Shown in pieces: positions 1 to 10,774 of a DNA stretch of 45,000 nt (positions are counted from its first letter, which is position 1; each line of letters starts with the position of its first letter). A model generated the notes under the pieces. It saw only the letters and a list, made by a program, of their open reading frames with translations, was not told the origin of the DNA and did not search any database. Where the stretch lies: positions 1 through 45,000 of the forward strand of contig CAYMDG010000004.1 in assembly GCA_964388905.1 (NCBI GenBank). The letters are read 5' to 3'. Both the position numbers and the translations under genes were made by a program. The DNA is from an uncultured Bacteriovoracaceae bacterium (GTDB lineage Bacteria; Desulfobacterota; Desulfomonilia; UBA1062).

Positions 1-336
1 CAGATTCAGCAGGCCCGTAATGATGAGTCCGATTGCCAGGATATAAAAGGCAGTGCCGGTAATTTTCAGCGCCCGCTGTTCGAAGGCATCCAAGCTGCCC
101 TCTCCGGCCCGCTGGATGCGCCTGATCATGTGCCACACCCCGATACCCGAAATGACCTCCACAAAAGAATCCAGGCCGAAGCCGAAAAGCGTAAAGGCCT
201 CATCAGCCATGCCGAACCAGACAGAGAACAGCCCTTCCAGAATATTATAGAAGACCGTGATCAAAGCCAGGGTATTGGCAGTCCGGTAAAGTTTGTTCCG
301 GGTGCCCATACCGGTCATGTCGTTTATCATAACCAT
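1..336 (-). CDS. cation-diffusion-facilitator-like membrane transporter, N-terminal part (gene runs off the left window edge)
   Basis: Absent from the ORF track because it is open at the window edge. Manual reverse-strand translation from the ATG at 336..334 gives MVMINDMTGMGTRNKLYRTANTLALITVFYNILEGLFSVWFGMADEAFTLFGFGLDSFVEVISGIGVWHMIRR... It has hydrophobic helices and an LFGFG-DS-E--S motif that I associate with CDF/COG3965-type cation transporters. Start codon unresolved (336 or 330); no clear SD. Confidence 0.5.
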   Translation of the reverse strand, partial: MVMINDMTGMGTRNKLYRTANTLALITVFYNILEGLFSVWFGMADEAFTLFGFGLDSFVEVISGIGVWHMIRRIQRAGEGSLDAFEQRALKITGTAFYILAIGLIITGLLNL

Positions 337-368
337 ACTATTGCATGATTTCTTGTTTGTGTTTGTCC

Positions 369-2288
369 CTATTGTTCAAAATAGGGGTAGCCCCTTAAGC
401 CCTCTTCGTACATCTTCATTATTTCCCGGCGTTCCTGGGGGGTGATCAGGTTTTCCTGAATGGCCTGTTCCGCTGTTGCCCTGAACTGTTTGGTCATGGT
501 TTTCGGTTCGTATTCCACGTATGACAGGACATCGGCCACCGAATCCCCTTCGATCTCCTTGACGAAACTGTAGCTTCCGTCTTCATGGACACGGATGCTC
601 ACCACATTGGTGTCGCCCATCAGGTTGTGGAGGTCACCCAGGGTTTCCTGGTAAGCCCCAACCAGAAAGACACCCAGGTAGTAGTCCTCATTTTCCCTGA
701 CCGTATGGAGCGACAGGGCGCTGCGGAAACCCTGCTTGTCGATGAAACGATCGATTTTTCCATCCGAATCACAGGTGATATCGGCAAGTATGGCGTTTCT
801 CTCAGGCATTTCATCCAGACGGTGCACTGGCATCACCGGGAAAAGATAGCCGATGGCCCAGGAATCGGGCAGGGACTGGAATACACTGAAATTGGCGTAA
901 TAGGTGTCGCACAGGGCAGTATCGATATCTATCAGATCCTTGGGCACGAATTTCAGGTCTTTGATATTGTCACACACGGCCTGGATAATGTTCCAGAATA
1001 TCTTATCGCCCAGGGCGCGCTGCCTCATGGTCAGGTCTCCGATTTTGAACATCTGTCGGATCTCATCCCGGTAATACAGCGCGTCATTGTAGCATTCCTG
1101 GAGATTCCGGACAGTCAGTGATTTGAGTACCTCCAGCATGTTCAGGATGATGTCCGGGGTGTCCTCGGGCAATTCCTTGGGCACGGAATCCGTGTCGATG
1201 GAACTGGTGTCGAAAATATTGAACAGCAGAACCGAGTAATAAGCCACGGTTGCCCGGCCTGATTCGGTGATGATAGTGGGGTGCGTGATGTCGTGTTCAT
1301 TGAGGATTTCCATGATGGCTTCGATCACGTCGGCGCAGTACTCTTCAAGGGTGTAGTTGCGTGAATTCATGTAATTGGTATGTGATCCGTCATAATCCAC
1401 GGCAAGGCCGCCGCCCAGGTCGAAATAACCCATGGGGGCGCCTTCGAGAACAAGGCCGGCATACACCCGGCAGGCTTCCTGGATGGAGGCGCGGATATCC
1501 CGGATATTGGGAATCTGGGAACCCAGGTGATAGTGGAGAAGCTGGAGGCAGTCCAGCATGCCTGCTCTTTCAAGTTTCTCGATTGCTTCGATGATCTGGG
1601 ACATGGTCAGGCCGAAAATACTCCGGTCGCCGCCTGATTCGGTCCAGTGCCCGCCGGCCTGGGTGGAAAGCTTCAGACGGACACCCAGAAGGGGTTTGAT
1701 TCCCAGTGCCTCGGACCGCTCAAGGATGAGGTCCAGCTCTCCAGGCATTTCCAGCACGAAGAAACACTTGAATCCCATTTTGCAGGCATACAGCCCGAGA
1801 TCGATGAATTCCCGGTCCTTGTAGCCGTTGCATACCAGGCAGGCTTCCTTGTCATCCAGAAAGGACAGGGCAGCGATCAGTTCGGCCTTGCTGCCGGCCT
1901 CGAGTCCGTGATGATAGAACTTACCGATGCGGGTGATGGTTTCGATCACCTGTTTCTGCTGGTTCACCTTGATGGGGTAGACCCCTTTGAATTCACCCTT
2001 GTAATCGAACTTGGTTATGGCGGAGCGGAAACTCTCATGCATCTGGATGATCTGGGATTCCAGGATGTCTTCGAAACGAAGGAGCATGGGCATGTCATAA
2101 CCACGCGCCATGATACCGGATATGATTTCAGGAAGATTGACGGATACATCTTTTTTGTCTCTGCGCGGTGTGACCACCACGTCCCCTTTTTCAGAGATAC
2201 TGAAGTATCCTGCTCCCCATTCCCGTATCTGGTACAGGTCAGCGGAATCTTCCACCGTCCATCGTTCCATGGTATGTTTCTGTTTCAT
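369..2288 (-). CDS. speA: biosynthetic arginine decarboxylase (PLP, fold III)
   Basis: 639-aa ORF. N-terminus MERWTVEDSADLYQIREWGAGYF, PLP-lysine context VYPIKVNQQ and GGGLAVDYDGS match SpeA-type arginine decarboxylases. Length is typical. It is the last enzyme gene of a polyamine operon. Confidence 0.93.
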   Translation of the reverse strand: MKQKHTMERWTVEDSADLYQIREWGAGYFSISEKGDVVVTPRRDKKDVSVNLPEIISGIMARGYDMPMLLRFEDILESQIIQMHESFRSAITKFDYKGEFKGVYPIKVNQQKQVIETITRIGKFYHHGLEAGSKAELIAALSFLDDKEACLVCNGYKDREFIDLGLYACKMGFKCFFVLEMPGELDLILERSEALGIKPLLGVRLKLSTQAGGHWTESGGDRSIFGLTMSQIIEAIEKLERAGMLDCLQLLHYHLGSQIPNIRDIRASIQEACRVYAGLVLEGAPMGYFDLGGGLAVDYDGSHTNYMNSRNYTLEEYCADVIEAIMEILNEHDITHPTIITESGRATVAYYSVLLFNIFDTSSIDTDSVPKELPEDTPDIILNMLEVLKSLTVRNLQECYNDALYYRDEIRQMFKIGDLTMRQRALGDKIFWNIIQAVCDNIKDLKFVPKDLIDIDTALCDTYYANFSVFQSLPDSWAIGYLFPVMPVHRLDEMPERNAILADITCDSDGKIDRFIDKQGFRSALSLHTVRENEDYYLGVFLVGAYQETLGDLHNLMGDTNVVSIRVHEDGSYSFVKEIEGDSVADVLSYVEYEPKTMTKQFRATAEQAIQENLITPQERREIMKMYEEGLRGYPYFEQ

Positions 2289-2289
2289 A

Positions 2290-3452
2290 TTATCCTAGTC
2301 TCCTTTTGAAATCTTCATACCCGAACCGGCGCACGACCTCGTAGGTGCAGTCTTCGTGCAGCAGGGTGAGATCGGGCAGGGGTGTGCCGTTGAAGGTATT
2401 GTTCTTCACGAAGCTGTACTGGAGCATATCGCCGAAGACCAGCTTGTCCCCGGCTTTCAGGGGGTCCTTAAATGAATATTCACCGATGACATCGCCTGCC
2501 ATGCAGGTGTTGCCGCCAAGGATGTAGGTATAGGGATAAATGCCCGGAGAAGCAGCGCCGTAGAGGGGCGGTGTGTAAGGCACTTCCAGGACATCGGGCA
2601 TGTGGCAGGAGGCAGAGGCATCCAGTATTGCAATTGCCTTTTGATTGTGAACGATATCCAACACTGTCGCTACCAGATAACCGGCATCGACGACGAGGCC
2701 GCTCCCGGGCTCCAGAATCACCTCGACAGGGAAGGCGGCGCGGAAATCTTTGATGGCGTGGATAAGGGCCTCTACGTCATACGCTGATTTATTGATGAAG
2801 TGCCCGCCACCGAAGTTGACAGCCTTCACTCGCTTGACGTACGGGGCAAATTCTTTGGCAAGATGGTTGATGAGGCCTACGGAACCATCATGCAAGGATT
2901 CGCACAAGGCATGGGCATGAAGGATATCGATTTCGCCCCAGTCAAGCTTATCCAGGTCGGCGCGGACCACGCCGAAGCGGCAGCCCGATGCACAGGGATC
3001 GTAGAGATGACCGCCAAGGGTCGCATTAGAAAACCCGGGATTGATGCGGATGCCGACCTTCTTGCCCTGACCTGCGGCCCTTACGGAAGGGAGGAATCGT
3101 TGAATCTGCGTGACGGAATTAAAATAAATATGATCGGCCGTCTGCAACAGCTCGCCCAGGGTGCTTTCCGTATAGGCCGGGGTATAGACATGCACTTCCT
3201 TGCCGAATTCTTCCTTGCCGAGGCGCGCTTCATAGATGCCGCTGGCCGTCGTGCCGTCCAGCGATTGGCGCATCAGGGGGAATACGGAAGGCATTGCGAA
3301 TGCCTTCATTGCCAAAAGAATACGGCTCCCGGTTGCGGCTCGGATATGGGCCGCCGTTGCCATGTTCTTTTTCAGAACGGCCATATCAGCCACGTAGGCC
3401 GGTGTGGTTATCTCTGAGAGTACCGCATGGAGGAGCTGCGGCAAGGCCGCGT

Positions 3453-3456
<4 letters not shown>
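2290..3456 (-). CDS. nspC: carboxynorspermidine/carboxyspermidine decarboxylase
   Basis: 388-aa ORF with fold-III PLP decarboxylase features (LAMKAF lysine, NFGGGH, EPGSGLV). 1-nt gap to speA and a 4-nt ATGA overlap with the saccharopine-dehydrogenase-family gene upstream, which is the canonical partner. Confidence 0.85.
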
Positions 3457-4661
<1,205 letters not shown>

Positions 4662-4738
4662 GACAAGACCCCCTCGTATTCATATTTACAGGAGCACCTA
4701 CGCGCATTTCCATGCTTTCATGGTTACTGAAGCAGCTC

Positions 4739-5569
4739 CTACAATGCTTTTAGTGTATTCTTCCTTCCAAGCGCGATAAGGCACTCCCTAACAACCTTGG
4801 CGGCAACAATTGCAGATACCCCTGTTGGGTCAAGCTGTGGGGCGAGTTCAACGACATCGATGCCCACAATGTGAAGCCTGGTTATGATCGATATAAGGAT
4901 GGTGATCAGTTCATGAAACATGAGTCCGCCGGGCTCCGGGGTGCCTGTGCCGGGAAAGATCGACGGATCAAGTATGTCGAGGTCGCAGGTGAGGTAACAG
5001 GGTTTGGCCCCTGTTCTCAAGGCCATCTGCTCGGGCAGGGAGATCATATCGCTTACAAGGACATGCTCCTGCCTTGTGCATGAGCGGACACCAATCTGCC
5101 GGACGCTCTCAGTGCCCAGGAGGTCCAGAACCCGGCGCATGACCGTGGCATGAGACAGCCTCTGGCCCAGGTATTCTTCCCGCAGGTCAGCATGTGCGTC
5201 TATGTGGATGACCTTCAGTTCAGGATACACTTTTGCAGCGGCACGGATGGCGCCCAGACTCACCAGGTGCTCTCCGCCCAGGAGGAAAGGGGTCTTTCTG
5301 TCGGATAAAATATGTTGTGTGGTTTCTTCAATGAGCGCAAGAGCAGGATTCGGATCGCCGAAGGGGAGTTCCAGGTCGCCCATGTCCATGAAGGAACAGT
5401 CTTCCAGGTCAGCGATCTGGATGGGTGAGAAGGTCTCCAGGCCATAGGAGGCCTCACGGATGGCACCGGGACCGAAACGGGACCCTGGACGGAAGCTCGA
5501 CGTGGAATCAAAAGGTGCGCCGAAGAGACAGATGGAGCCTTCGGGATTGGATGCCATAAAGGTGCTCAT
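4739..5569 (-). CDS. speB: agmatinase (arginase/ureohydrolase family)
   Basis: 276-aa ORF with the Mn-binding ureohydrolase motifs LLGGEH, HIDAHADLR and LTCDLDILDP. Lies between the regulator and the carboxyspermidine genes. Confidence 0.88.
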   Translation of the reverse strand: MSTFMASNPEGSICLFGAPFDSTSSFRPGSRFGPGAIREASYGLETFSPIQIADLEDCSFMDMGDLELPFGDPNPALALIEETTQHILSDRKTPFLLGGEHLVSLGAIRAAAKVYPELKVIHIDAHADLREEYLGQRLSHATVMRRVLDLLGTESVRQIGVRSCTRQEHVLVSDMISLPEQMALRTGAKPCYLTCDLDILDPSIFPGTGTPEPGGLMFHELITILISIITRLHIVGIDVVELAPQLDPTGVSAIVAAKVVRECLIALGRKNTLKAL

Positions 5570-5594
5570 AGTGCGTTATATCCACCCTCCTTTC

Positions 5595-6131
5595 TTAGAA
5601 GCTCGGTGGGGCAGAGATCCACAGGATCTTTGCCGTTTTATCTGATTTATTCTCAAGAGAGTGTTTCTTGTTTGCCGTGTAATAGAATGCATCGCCTGTC
5701 TGAGCACTGTAGGCCTCTTTGCCCAGGTTTATGATGATCTTGCCCATAAGCACGATACCGCATTCGTCGCCGTAGTGGGCCCTCTCGGGTTCGGTGCCTG
5801 CACCCGGTGCGATGGTCACCAGGAGCATGTCCACTTCCCGGTCCTGGGCTGCGGCGATGAGCACTTCCCGCTTCACCCCGTCTTCCTCTGCAATGGTGAC
5901 ACGCTGTTTGCGGCTGAACACCACTACATCCCGGCCTTCCTCTGCGAAGAACTCTCCGGCATTGGTATCAAGCGCGTTCAGGATGAGTTCCATGGTATCC
6001 AGAGATGGAGACTGGAGGTCGCGCTCCAAAAGCGAAATGAAACCTTTGGTAAGGTCGGCCCTGTTGGCAAGATCTTCCTGGGTAAGTCCTTGGGCCAGCC
6101 TCAGGTTTTTTATCTTTTCGCCAACATTCAT
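5595..6131 (-). CDS. XRE-family HTH transcriptional regulator with C-terminal cupin domain (PuuR-like architecture)
   Basis: 178-aa ORF. N-terminal HTH IKNLRLAQGLTQEDLANRADLTKGFISLLERD; C-terminal cupin-like HYGDECGIVLMGKIIINLG...GDAFYY. First gene of the polyamine operon, 25 nt upstream of speB. Confidence 0.85.
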   Translation of the reverse strand: MNVGEKIKNLRLAQGLTQEDLANRADLTKGFISLLERDLQSPSLDTMELILNALDTNAGEFFAEEGRDVVVFSRKQRVTIAEEDGVKREVLIAAAQDREVDMLLVTIAPGAGTEPERAHYGDECGIVLMGKIIINLGKEAYSAQTGDAFYYTANKKHSLENKSDKTAKILWISAPPSF

Positions 6132-6259
6132 TTCTTTCTCGAATCGCTTTAAGTGTATCTAATAGTTTATTGTAGTAAACAAATTCAACGCGGTCTATTA
6201 TGATAAATGCCCCTTCCTGTCAAGGGATATTTTTATGGTGTTTGATGATGGGAATAAGG

Positions 6260-7036
6260 CTACAGTGCTTTGAATTTGTTGTTGGATAGACCGATGTGAC
6301 TGACCGGCCGGTAGGGATCGTGCTCGAAGACAAGCTGCCATCCCTTCCGGATGGCTTCATGAAGGATCTTCTTCTTGGTATCGAGTATCTCCAGGGGGTA
6401 GAGGTCATAGGCCATAATGCAGGGTAAATGCACGTGGGCGGCAGTGGGGATGAGATCGCCCGGATAGAGAATTTCATCGTCTATGAGCACGCTCACATGC
6501 CCGCGGGTATGTCCCGGGGTTGCCAGAACCTGGATGCCCTCTGCTACTATGCAGGGTGGATCTATCAGGCGCAGCCTCTTTCCGAGAAGTTCAAGGTCGG
6601 GTTTACGGTAGCTCCCCTTGCTCAAGGGGCTCTTGCCGTGTGCGTCTTCCCACTCCAGGCGTGAGATTATCACCTCGGAACTCACGGTCATATCGTGTAT
6701 GCCGCCGCAGTGGTCGAAGTGGAGATGCGTACATAGGAGAAAGTCTACCGGTTCTTTCATGAGACTGACCTGTTCGATGCCGGTGCCGAGGATGTCCCAA
6801 TTTTTTTTGGTGTAGTGTGATCCGAGGCCGGTATCCACGAGATAGGTCTTTCCCTGCTTGTTGATGCGCAGGATATTGGTGGCCATGACGATTCGGTTCT
6901 GCTCATCAGCGGGAAACCACCGCTCCCACATGACCTTGGGCACCCGCCCGAACATGCCGCCGCCATCTAGCATGAAGTTGCCGCAATTGATGACTTCAAT
7001 GACTGTGCCGTGCCTGGTAGTTAAGGTCATGCCCAC
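6260..7036 (-). CDS. MBL-fold metallo-hydrolase
   Basis: 258-aa ORF with the HxHxDH zinc motif (LLCTHLHFDHCGG) and downstream His/Asp ligands (TPGHTRGH). Confidence 0.8.
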   Translation of the reverse strand: MGMTLTTRHGTVIEVINCGNFMLDGGGMFGRVPKVMWERWFPADEQNRIVMATNILRINKQGKTYLVDTGLGSHYTKKNWDILGTGIEQVSLMKEPVDFLLCTHLHFDHCGGIHDMTVSSEVIISRLEWEDAHGKSPLSKGSYRKPDLELLGKRLRLIDPPCIVAEGIQVLATPGHTRGHVSVLIDDEILYPGDLIPTAAHVHLPCIMAYDLYPLEILDTKKKILHEAIRKGWQLVFEHDPYRPVSHIGLSNNKFKAL

Positions 7037-7113
7037 ATTTGAGGCACTATCATGCTGAAATGCACCTTGTAAAGACCGGGGATGGAGATTTCGCCCAGAA
7101 GTGCATAAAGGTA

Positions 7114-7142
7114 TTGGGGTTTGACAGAATTGGCCCTATAAT
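7114..7142 (+). promoter_or_regulatory. candidate sigma-70 promoter for the liv operon (-35 TTGGGG, 17-nt spacer, -10 TATAAT)
   Basis: Perfect TATAAT at 7137..7142, ~74 nt upstream of the livK ATG. With a 17-nt spacer the -35 is TTGGGG (7114..7119). The nearby perfect TTGACA (7121..7126) is only 10 nt from the -10 and so is not a canonical pair. Confidence 0.35.
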
Positions 7143-7215
7143 GTTAGTTGTGATAAGATTCGTGAGAGAGAGTAGCGGAAATAATCAAGAATATCAAAGC
7201 AAAGGGGAGGAAGGA

Positions 7216-8325
7216 ATGAAGAGAGCACTGATTTTCTTGTTGGCAATCGCGTGTGTGGTGTTTGCCGGTTCGGTCTTTGCGGCTGATACGATCAAGTTCG
7301 GTGTTGCAGGGGCACACAGTGGGGACCTTGCTTCCTACGGTCTTCCGACATTGAATGCAGCCAAACTCGTAGTGGGTGACGTGAACGCCAAGGGCGGCGT
7401 TCTGGGCAAGAAGGTGGAGATCCTCCCTGCAGACGATGTCTGCAAGCCTGAGGTAGGTGCCAATGTTGCAAGCAAGCTCGTTTCCGACAAGGCCGATGTC
7501 GTTCTTGGCCACATATGCAGCGGCGCAACCAAGGCTGCACTCAATACCTACAAGGAAGCAAAGATCGTTACCATGTCACCATCCGCCACGAATGTAGACC
7601 TTACCAAGAGCGGCGACTACCCGAATTTTTTCCGGACCATCTCGCCGGATGATGCCCAGGCAAAACTCGAGGTGGAGTTCGCACTGAAAAAGCTCAAGGT
7701 GAAGAAGATCGCGGTCATCCATGACAAGGGAGACTACGGCAAGGGCCTTGCCGAATTCGCCAAGGCTGACTTGGAGAAGCTGGGCATCACCCCGGTGCTG
7801 TTTGAAGGTATCACCCCAGGCGCAGTGGACTACTCTGCTATTGTGCAGAAGATCAAGAACTCCAAGGCAGATGCGGTAATCTATGGTGGGTACCATCCTG
7901 AAGCAGCCAAGATCGTCAGTGCCATGAAGAAAAAGAAGATGAAGACCTTCTTTATATCCGATGATGGTGTGAAAGACGACACCTTCATCAAGGTAGCCGG
8001 CAAGTTTGCAGAGGGCGTCTATGCCACCGGCCCCATGGACACATCCAAGAACCCCATGGCAGTTGCAGCCATAGAGCAGCATAAAAAGGCATTCGGCTCT
8101 GACCCGGGGGCATTCTACCTGAATGCATACGCTGCTTCCCTGTGCCTGCTTCAGGCCATTGAAAAGGCCGGTTCAACGAATTACGATGCAATATCCAAGG
8201 CGCTGCGCACAAACTGGTTTGAGACGCCGCTCGGAAAGATCAGCTTCGATGAGAGAGGCGATGCAAAAGGCATCGGTTTTTCCATGTACCAGGTCAAAGA
8301 TGGCAAGTACGTAGAGATTAAATAA
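7216..8325 (+). CDS. livK: branched-chain amino-acid ABC transporter substrate-binding protein (LivJ/LivK type)
   Basis: The tracked ORF starts at 7039. I place the start at ATG 7216, which follows a GGGGAGGAAGG SD and gives a signal peptide MKRALIFLLAIACVVFAGSVFA. Mature part has type-I periplasmic binding fold features (IKFGVAGAHSGDLASYG, GHICSGA). Followed by livHMGF. Confidence 0.88.
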   Translation: MKRALIFLLAIACVVFAGSVFAADTIKFGVAGAHSGDLASYGLPTLNAAKLVVGDVNAKGGVLGKKVEILPADDVCKPEVGANVASKLVSDKADVVLGHICSGATKAALNTYKEAKIVTMSPSATNVDLTKSGDYPNFFRTISPDDAQAKLEVEFALKKLKVKKIAVIHDKGDYGKGLAEFAKADLEKLGITPVLFEGITPGAVDYSAIVQKIKNSKADAVIYGGYHPEAAKIVSAMKKKKMKTFFISDDGVKDDTFIKVAGKFAEGVYATGPMDTSKNPMAVAAIEQHKKAFGSDPGAFYLNAYAASLCLLQAIEKAGSTNYDAISKALRTNWFETPLGKISFDERGDAKGIGFSMYQVKDGKYVEIK

Positions 8326-8340
8326 GGATGAGAATCCAAA

Positions 8341-8369
8341 GAAAGGGAGCAGATTTTCTGCTCCCTTTC
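8341..8369 (+). terminator. intrinsic terminator/attenuator hairpin directly after livK
   Basis: Perfect 12-bp stem GAAAGGGAGCAG / CTGCTCCCTTTC with a 5-nt loop, followed by TTGT. Lies 16 nt after the livK stop, inside the operon. Confidence 0.6.
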
Positions 8370-8492
8370 TTGTATCCGAATAAGGATTATGAGAGCACTA
8401 ATACATTCGCAGGAGAGCTCATTGCATACACCTCGGAGTCTCATTTTAACGAAACTGGGTTTATACATCGGGGTGGAAAAATCGTCTTATGT

Positions 8493-8561
8493 GTCATTCC
8501 CGCGAAAGCGGGAATCCAGTGATTTTGTAAAGACCTGGGCTCCCGCTTTCGCGGGAGTTAC
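8493..8561. repeat. inverted pair of 27-nt REP-like palindromic units
   Basis: Unit A (8493..8519) is GTCATTCCCGCGAAAGCGGGAATCCAG. Unit B (8535..8561) is CTGGGCTCCCGCTTTCGCGGGAGTTAC and matches the reverse complement of A at 23 of 27 positions. Each unit folds into its own GC-rich hairpin (TCCCGC-N4-GCGGGA). Confidence 0.75.
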
Positions 8562-8606
8562 AGCATGTTGATCTAAATGAGTATATTCTAAGATAACTGA
8601 GCGGAT

Positions 8607-9506
8607 ATGGAATACTTCCTGGAACTCTTCTTCGGCGGGCTCACCAGAGGCAGTATCTATGCCCTGATAGCGCTGGGCTATACCATGGTCTATGGGATTA
8701 TCGAACTCATCAATTTCGCCCATGGCGAGATCTATATGATAGGTGCCTTTACGGCGTTGATCGTGGCGAGCGCGCTGGCTCTCATGGGCATGAGCGGCTG
8801 GTCGCTCCTTGTTCTGGCCGGGATAGTGGCCATGATATATTCGGCGGCTTACGGATTTACCCTGGAGAAGATCGCCTACAAGCCTCTGCGCAAGGCCCAG
8901 AGGCTCTCACCGCTTATCAGCGCAATCGGCATGTCCATTTTCCTGCAGAATTATGTGCTGCTTGCCCAGACATCCGACTTTGTATCATTCCCTGCGCTCA
9001 TCAATGAATTCTCCTTCATGGAGAATGTAACCATCATGCGTTCTTCGGAGCTGGTGATCTTCATAACCACCATAGTGGCAACCACCCTGCTGACACTCTT
9101 CATCAAGTTCACGCGGATAGGCAAGGCCATGCGTGCTGTGGCCCAGGACAAGACCATGGCCATGCTGCTCGGCGTGAATGTGAACCGGGTCATCTCGGTG
9201 ACCTTCATCATCGGGAGCGCGCTGGCAGCTGTCGGCGGTGTGCTCATATCATCCCATATCGGGCAGATCAATTTCTATATCGGTTTCATTGCAGGGATCA
9301 AGGCCTTCACCGCGGCAGTCCTGGGCGGCATCGGCAGCATCCCGGGCGCCGTTCTCGGCGGGATGATACTGGGGTGGACCGAGAGCTTTGCCACCGGCTA
9401 TGTATCGAGCGACTACGAAGACGTGTTTGCCTTCGCGCTGCTCGTGTTCATCCTCATTTTCAGACCCGCAGGTATACTCGGGAAGACGAGTTCGGAAAAG
9501 GTGTAA
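8607..9506 (+). CDS. livH: branched-chain amino-acid ABC transporter permease
   Basis: 299-aa polytopic membrane ORF. N-terminus MEYFLELFFGGLTRGSIYALIALGYTMVYG is typical of LivH. Canonical position after the binding protein. Confidence 0.9.
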   Translation: MEYFLELFFGGLTRGSIYALIALGYTMVYGIIELINFAHGEIYMIGAFTALIVASALALMGMSGWSLLVLAGIVAMIYSAAYGFTLEKIAYKPLRKAQRLSPLISAIGMSIFLQNYVLLAQTSDFVSFPALINEFSFMENVTIMRSSELVIFITTIVATTLLTLFIKFTRIGKAMRAVAQDKTMAMLLGVNVNRVISVTFIIGSALAAVGGVLISSHIGQINFYIGFIAGIKAFTAAVLGGIGSIPGAVLGGMILGWTESFATGYVSSDYEDVFAFALLVFILIFRPAGILGKTSSEKV

Positions 9507-9517
9507 AGGGTCAACCC

Positions 9518-10774
9518 ATGAACACAGATACAGATTCCCTCATGCAACGGGCCTTAGGCGAGATCGCTCAATCAGGCATAGCTGCGCTGTGGTTTATGTT
9601 CCTCACCTTTCCCCTCATGGTCATGAAGGTCAACCCCCTTGACAGGACAATTCAGTGGCGCTGGATGAGCATGCTTTATGTGGGTGTCGGTGCATTTTTT
9701 CTCTCTTTTATCTGGCGTTACCTCCTCGCGCGCAAGGAAACAGGGGCATCCGGGGAAGGAGATGATGCCGATACCTGGCAGAAGAGGGTAGGCAAACGTA
9801 TCCGTTCGGACAAGCGGGTATACATACCTTGCATGGCGTTCATGGCTCTCGTTGCCGCCGTGTTCCCCTTTTTATTCTCAAGCTACCAGACATCCATCAT
9901 GATCACAGCGCTCATGTATGTAATGCTGGGTCTGGGGCTCAATATCGTGGTGGGGCTGGCAGGACTGCTAGACCTGGGATATGTGGCATTCTATGCGGTA
10001 GGCGCCTATTTCTATGCCCTCATGAATCATCATTTCGGGCTCGGCTTCTGGGTGGCCCTGCCGCTCTCAGGCGCCTTGGCGGCTACATTCGGTATCCTGC
10101 TCGGCTTCCCGGTGCTCCGCTTGCGGGGAGACTACCTGGCTATTGTCACATTGGGATTTGGCGAGATCATCAGGCTGATCCTGGAAAACTGGAATGAGTT
10201 GTCTTTCGGCCCCAGCGGTATTGCCGGGATATCCAGGCCTTCAACTTTCGGTATTCAGCTGAACCTCCAGCAGCACATGGTCTACCTCTACTACATCATG
10301 ATCATGCTGGTTATCTTCACCATGCTCGTGGTGGGAAGGCTCAGGCACTCACGGATCGGAAGGGCATGGATAGCACTTCGCGAAGACGAGATAGCATGCC
10401 AGGCCATGGGCATCGACAAGACCGCCACCAAGCTTATGGCCTTTGCCCTGGGCGCTACATGGGCCGGTTTTGTGGGATGCATCCTGGCAGCCAAGACCAC
10501 CTTCATCAACCCGGCGAGCTTTACCTTTATGGAATCTGCCATGATCCTGTCCATCGTGGTGCTGGGAGGCATGGGGTCAATAGTGGGTGTGATGGTGGGC
10601 GCCTTTATCCTCATCCTGCTCCCCGAATATCTGAGGGCCTTTTCCGAGTACCGCATGCTTGCCTTTGGTGCAAGCATGGTTCTCATCATGGTCTTCAGGC
10701 CGCAGGGGATCATCAGCGGCATCAAGCAGCACTATGAATTCCATAAGGAAAACCGTGAGGTGGCCCAGAAATGA
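9518..10774 (+). CDS. livM: branched-chain amino-acid ABC transporter permease
   Basis: The tracked ORF starts at 9374 inside livH. I place the start at ATG 9518, 12 nt after the livH stop. Polytopic; LGLNIVVGLAGLLDLGYVAFYAVGAY is typical of LivM. Confidence 0.88.
   Translation: MNTDTDSLMQRALGEIAQSGIAALWFMFLTFPLMVMKVNPLDRTIQWRWMSMLYVGVGAFFLSFIWRYLLARKETGASGEGDDADTWQKRVGKRIRSDKRVYIPCMAFMALVAAVFPFLFSSYQTSIMITALMYVMLGLGLNIVVGLAGLLDLGYVAFYAVGAYFYALMNHHFGLGFWVALPLSGALAATFGILLGFPVLRLRGDYLAIVTLGFGEIIRLILENWNELSFGPSGIAGISRPSTFGIQLNLQQHMVYLYYIMIMLVIFTMLVVGRLRHSRIGRAWIALREDEIACQAMGIDKTATKLMAFALGATWAGFVGCILAAKTTFINPASFTFMESAMILSIVVLGGMGSIVGVMVGAFILILLPEYLRAFSEYRMLAFGASMVLIMVFRPQGIISGIKQHYEFHKENREVAQK

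Noticed and set aside
7121-7142. Perfect TTGACA and perfect TATAAT hexamers upstream of livK.
   Set aside because: They are only 10 nt apart, which is incompatible with a canonical sigma-70 -35/-10 pair. I kept only the TATAAT, paired with a weaker -35 at 17-nt spacing, as a low-confidence promoter.
7039-7215. Upstream in-frame extension of the tracked livK ORF. The same issue affects the tracked starts at 9374 (livM), 11528 (livF), 20207 (epsI), 21394 (acetyltransferase), 36150 (opine dehydrogenase) and 18491 (lipoprotein).
   Set aside because: The extensions overlap the preceding gene or a promoter region, lack an SD and add non-homologous residues ahead of a signal peptide or conserved N-terminus. 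In most cases (7216, 18503, 21490, 36195) the internal ATG follows an SD; at 11561 and 20225 it overlaps the preceding stop, and at 9518 it lies 12 nt after it.
8328-8723. ORFs 8328-8522, 8389-8571 (+) and 8487-8723 (-) in the livK-livH spacer.
   Set aside because: Their translations (VIPAKAGIQ, SFPRKRESS, TPAKAGAQ) are the well-known artefacts of reading through REP-like GC-rich palindromes. The minus-strand ORF also overlaps the true livH start.
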